Sequence record: CM099551.1
DNA length: 32,000 nucleotides
Reading direction: 5' to 3' (one strand)
The notes beneath the pieces are model-generated. The model was not told the origin of the DNA and made no database searches. It was given only the letters and a program-made list of their open reading frames with translations. This document shows positions 28,656 to 32,000 of the stretch, piece by piece. A program made the translations under genes and the position numbers. Position 1 is the first letter of the stretch. Each line of letters starts with the position of its first letter.

Positions 28656-30305
28656 ATGAGTTATTTAAAAATTTTAGAAAAATATTCTATTGGTAAAATT
28701 AAATCTATCCAAGATAACGTAGTTATTGCAAGTGGATTAGAAAATGTATTCATTGGTGAAGTTGTTAAATTCAAATCCCAAGAATCTAATTTATTAGGTC
28801 AAGTTTTAAACTTAGAAAAAAATCAAGTTCGTATTGTAATCATTAATGGTAGTCAATCATATTTAAAAAGTAATGATTTAGTTTATCGTACTTATAAAGA
28901 CGTAAAAACTAAAGCTGGTTTTGGTATTTTAGGAAGAGTAGTTTCTCCTTTAGGATTTTGTTATAATGATGAAGATTTCGATGAATTAACTTATTTATTT
29001 AATGATATTTCTTTAATAGAAGAAGTATCAGTAGAAGTACCTGCTCCTGGTATTATTGAAAGAGAACCAGTAAGAGTTCCTTTTTTAACAGGTATTAATG
29101 TTATTGATTGTTTAATTCCAGTAGGATGTGGTCAACGTGAATTAATTATTGGTGATCAAAATACAGGTAAAACCTCTTTAGCTATTTCTTCTATCTTAAA
29201 TCAAAGATTAATTAATAATGCTATCCATCATAAATGGAGAAATTTAGAAAATGAAATCAAAATAGATAGACATAGTAATTTTTTAACTTGTATTTATGTA
29301 ACTATTGGTACTCGTCGTTCTGAAGGTGCACGTTTAAAAAAAATCTTAGAAAAAATGGGTTCTTTAAATTATACTTCAATTGTATTTACTTATGCAGATG
29401 AACCTGCAGCTTTACAATTTTTAGCACCATATGCAGGTTGTGCAATTGGCGAATGGTTTAGAAACCGTGGTTATAGAGCAATGGTTGTATATGATGATTT
29501 ATCTCAACATGCTGTTGCATACCGTCAAATGTCTCTATTATTAAAAAGACCTCCTGGACGTGAAGCATACCCAGGTGATGTTTTCTATGTTCATTCTAGA
29601 TTATTAGAAAGAGCAGCTCAATTACATAGAAATAAAGGTGCTGGTTCTTTAACAGCATTACCAGTTATTGAAACAAAAGGAGGTGATATTTCTGCATATA
29701 TTCCTACTAACGTAATTAGTATTACAGATGGTCAAATTTTTTTATCTACACAATTAGCTAATCAAGGGGTAAGACCAGCAGTAAATGTAGGTTTATCCGT
29801 AAGTAGGGTAGGTTCATCTGCACAATATTCTTCTGTTAATGGTATTTCTAAAAAAATCAAAGCAGATTATTCTTTATATAAAACATATGAAGGAGTTGAA
29901 AAATTAGGAGGTGAAATTGATCCTATTGTATTAGCTTATATTATTAGAGGTAAAAGAATTAATGTATTTTTTCAACAATCATTATATCAAACTTCTAGAT
30001 TATATCAACAAGTAATTTCTCTTTTTGCATTAGGTGAAGGATTTACTGATGATATTGAATTAGGTTGTGTTTCATATTTTTTTAACTTTTTATTTAATAC
30101 AGAGTTAGCAGGTAAATTTTTAGATGCTAAATATTATCCATTTGTAGCATCTGTAAATGAAATTGAATGTTTATTTGTTAGTTATGAAATAGATTTTTTT
30201 AGAGGCTTACTACGTGGTTGGTTAAATCAATATCAATCTTTCTTTTTAGGAGATTTACAACCTCGTTTATTAGCTGATAAGAAGAAATTGTTTACTACTA
30301 TTTAA
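28656..30305 (+). CDS. atp1: ATP synthase F1 subunit alpha
   Basis: 549 aa: GQRELIIGDQNTGKTSLAI (P-loop), VVYDDLSQHAVAYRQMSLLLKRPPGREAYPGDVFYVHSRLLERAA, SLTALPVIETKGGDISAYIPTNVISITDGQIFL. Confidence 0.97.
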   Translation: MSYLKILEKYSIGKIKSIQDNVVIASGLENVFIGEVVKFKSQESNLLGQVLNLEKNQVRIVIINGSQSYLKSNDLVYRTYKDVKTKAGFGILGRVVSPLGFCYNDEDFDELTYLFNDISLIEEVSVEVPAPGIIEREPVRVPFLTGINVIDCLIPVGCGQRELIIGDQNTGKTSLAISSILNQRLINNAIHHKWRNLENEIKIDRHSNFLTCIYVTIGTRRSEGARLKKILEKMGSLNYTSIVFTYADEPAALQFLAPYAGCAIGEWFRNRGYRAMVVYDDLSQHAVAYRQMSLLLKRPPGREAYPGDVFYVHSRLLERAAQLHRNKGAGSLTALPVIETKGGDISAYIPTNVISITDGQIFLSTQLANQGVRPAVNVGLSVSRVGSSAQYSSVNGISKKIKADYSLYKTYEGVEKLGGEIDPIVLAYIIRGKRINVFFQQSLYQTSRLYQQVISLFALGEGFTDDIELGCVSYFFNFLFNTELAGKFLDAKYYPFVASVNEIECLFVSYEIDFFRGLLRGWLNQYQSFFLGDLQPRLLADKKKLFTTI

Positions 30306-30383
30306 CTAGTAGCAAACAATTAATAATAGGTTCGTATCCATTTCTAATTATCTAGCTTTTCGAGTCACACACCATAATAACAC

Positions 30384-31961
30384 ATGAACATTAGAAATAA
30401 ATTATACTCTTTTATTGATAAATATAAGATTAAATATCTTGAATTTAAAAATAAAAAAAATGAATCTGTTATAGAAAATAATATTACTAATAAAGTAACT
30501 AATTTAACAGATGATTATATTAATAATGAAAAAACAAAAAATACATTAAGTTTTATATTACGTTTAAATATTATTTTATTTTTTTTTTGTTGTATCATTA
30601 TTTTGATGTCTTTTATACCTTTTGTTGGAGTTCTTATAGAAGAAGTTCCAGAATTAACATTTTTTTCTTCTTTTTTTTTAGAATTTTTTTATTTGGTTAG
30701 ACATATTCCTATCTTAGGTCCAGTACTTATTTTTATTTCAGGAATAAGTATTTTATTATTTGAAAAAATGAATTTTTATATGTGGTTTTATAATATAGAT
30801 CAAGTAGTTAATCATAATAATTGGTATTTTGTTTTTTTAACAATTTTTTTTATTCTTTTAATTTATAAATTTTCAAATGAAATGATACCTACTTTTTTAA
30901 ATAAATATATTTCCATGAAGCCAGAATCTTCTTTTTTAAAAAAATTAATGAGATCTCGTTATTATGGAAGTTTTATTGATTTAGTAGGATATTTTTATAT
31001 TTTTATTATTCTTTGGAGTTTATGTGCACAGATAGAATTTTTAAGTTTATCTCTTGGAAGTCCAGAGGATGTATTTAAAATGTATTTTGTTGAAGGACAG
31101 GAAATTCCAGATTATGATTATTCTTTTGTTAATCTTTGCTATGATTCTTATTTTGGATTAGTACACGGTATGGAAAGTAAATATTATTTTTTTATGTTAA
31201 TGGGTTTATATATATTTCCAATGATTATTTCTTTTACTCTTCAAATAATTGTTTTATTTGAAGCATCTTTAGTTAAAAAAGAAGAAAAAATAATTAGCAT
31301 TAGTGATTTATACCATCCTAATAAATATAGAGGACATGTATATGTTTACTTAGTTCATTTTATTTTAATTTGTACTTCATTTATTGGGTTTGCTTTAACT
31401 TGGTATTTTATTTTTATTATAGTAATGCATATTTGTTTTTCTTATATTCTTGATAATGTAATTGATAACGCACCTTCTTTTTTTAGAGATAATAATCAAT
31501 TGAATAAAGATATACATTCTATTATTACAGATAGTATTATTTTTTTTCATAATATTAGCTTATATTGTTTACTTGGTTTAAATTGTTTTATTTTAATTTT
31601 TTATCCTTTGATTTATGATTTTTCTTTTTTTGCAGTACTAGTTACTTTTATTTCTTTTTTAGTGTCTATCTTTATTTTATTAAATTTAAATATAATACGG
31701 TTAATTTTTAATTTATTTGGAGTTATTCATGATAAGGATAAAACTAAATATTTTTTTGAAATTAATCAAGATAGAATAGGAATGTTAAGAGAAGAATATA
31801 CATTAAAATATAAAGACTTATTAGCAATTAATAATATTAATTATCCAATAAGCGATTCTTTATTATTCTATTTAGTAATGTCTCATAATAGTAGATACTT
31901 TCGTTATGTAGTAGGAAGAAAAGATACTATTATGATTCCTAGTAGATATAAAAAAATTTAA
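30384..31961 (+). CDS. unassigned ORF, 525 aa, predicted polytopic membrane protein
   Basis: Long uninterrupted ORF with about 8-10 hydrophobic segments and acidic/aromatic loops (e.g. GSPEDVFKMYFVEGQEIPDYDYSF). It is preceded by the same cgagtca-cacac leader as nad1. I recognise no family motif. Confidence 0.45.
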   Translation: MNIRNKLYSFIDKYKIKYLEFKNKKNESVIENNITNKVTNLTDDYINNEKTKNTLSFILRLNIILFFFCCIIILMSFIPFVGVLIEEVPELTFFSSFFLEFFYLVRHIPILGPVLIFISGISILLFEKMNFYMWFYNIDQVVNHNNWYFVFLTIFFILLIYKFSNEMIPTFLNKYISMKPESSFLKKLMRSRYYGSFIDLVGYFYIFIILWSLCAQIEFLSLSLGSPEDVFKMYFVEGQEIPDYDYSFVNLCYDSYFGLVHGMESKYYFFMLMGLYIFPMIISFTLQIIVLFEASLVKKEEKIISISDLYHPNKYRGHVYVYLVHFILICTSFIGFALTWYFIFIIVMHICFSYILDNVIDNAPSFFRDNNQLNKDIHSIITDSIIFFHNISLYCLLGLNCFILIFYPLIYDFSFFAVLVTFISFLVSIFILLNLNIIRLIFNLFGVIHDKDKTKYFFEINQDRIGMLREEYTLKYKDLLAINNINYPISDSLLFYLVMSHNSRYFRYVVGRKDTIMIPSRYKKI

Positions 31962-31986
31962 TTATATCTATTTTTTATTAGTTTAT

Positions 31987-32000
31987 GTGGGTATAGTTTA
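31987..32000 (+). tRNA. possible 5' end of a tRNA gene, truncated by the window edge
   Basis: gtgggta ta gttt a has the acceptor / positions 8-9 / D-stem layout seen in the tRNA at 19873 (tccgaga ta gttt aacgg). Only 14 nt are visible. Confidence 0.25.

Overview
This window is a very A+T-rich, tightly packed, gene-rich mitochondrial genome segment from a protist, not a bacterial chromosome. The code looks standard: TGA terminates ccmC, Trp is TGG, and conserved genes end in TAA at their expected C-termini. I can support 23 protein genes. They are rps14 (3' part), rps8, rpl6, a giant 1364-codon ORF with an rps11-like C-terminus, rps13, nad4, ccmC, nad2, atp6, nad3, cox2, orf584, nad7, ccmF (-), tatC (-), rps4, atp9, nad9, nad1, rps7, a short rpl32-like ORF absent from the ORF track, atp1 and orf525. 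There is also an rns-spacer-rnl unit with no evident introns, 17 tRNA genes, one degenerate tRNA-like copy, and a possible truncated tRNA at the right edge. The gene complement (ccmC/ccmF/tatC, atp1, nad7, nad9, many r-protein genes in spc-operon order) resembles heterolobosean (Naegleria-type), jakobid or malawimonad mtDNAs. I cannot assign the species from sequence alone. I see no defence system, CRISPR array, transposon or intron. The most interesting signals are RNA-level and cis-regulatory. (1) 10 of 17 tRNA genes carry mismatches confined to acceptor positions 1-2, the signature of 5' tRNA editing. (2) A tRNA-Gln-like gene has anticodon UUA, cognate to the stop codon UAA. (3) A degenerate trnR paralog has an oversized anticodon loop. 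(4) All three tRNA-Ser genes lack a long variable arm. (5) A shared GAGTCA-ACACAC leader motif lies just upstream of nad1, orf525, orf584 and probably cox2. (6) Several ribosomal protein genes are greatly expanded or fused, and there are two large unassigned membrane-protein ORFs. (7) ccmC has a degenerate Trp-rich motif. All coordinates of RNA ends are manual estimates.
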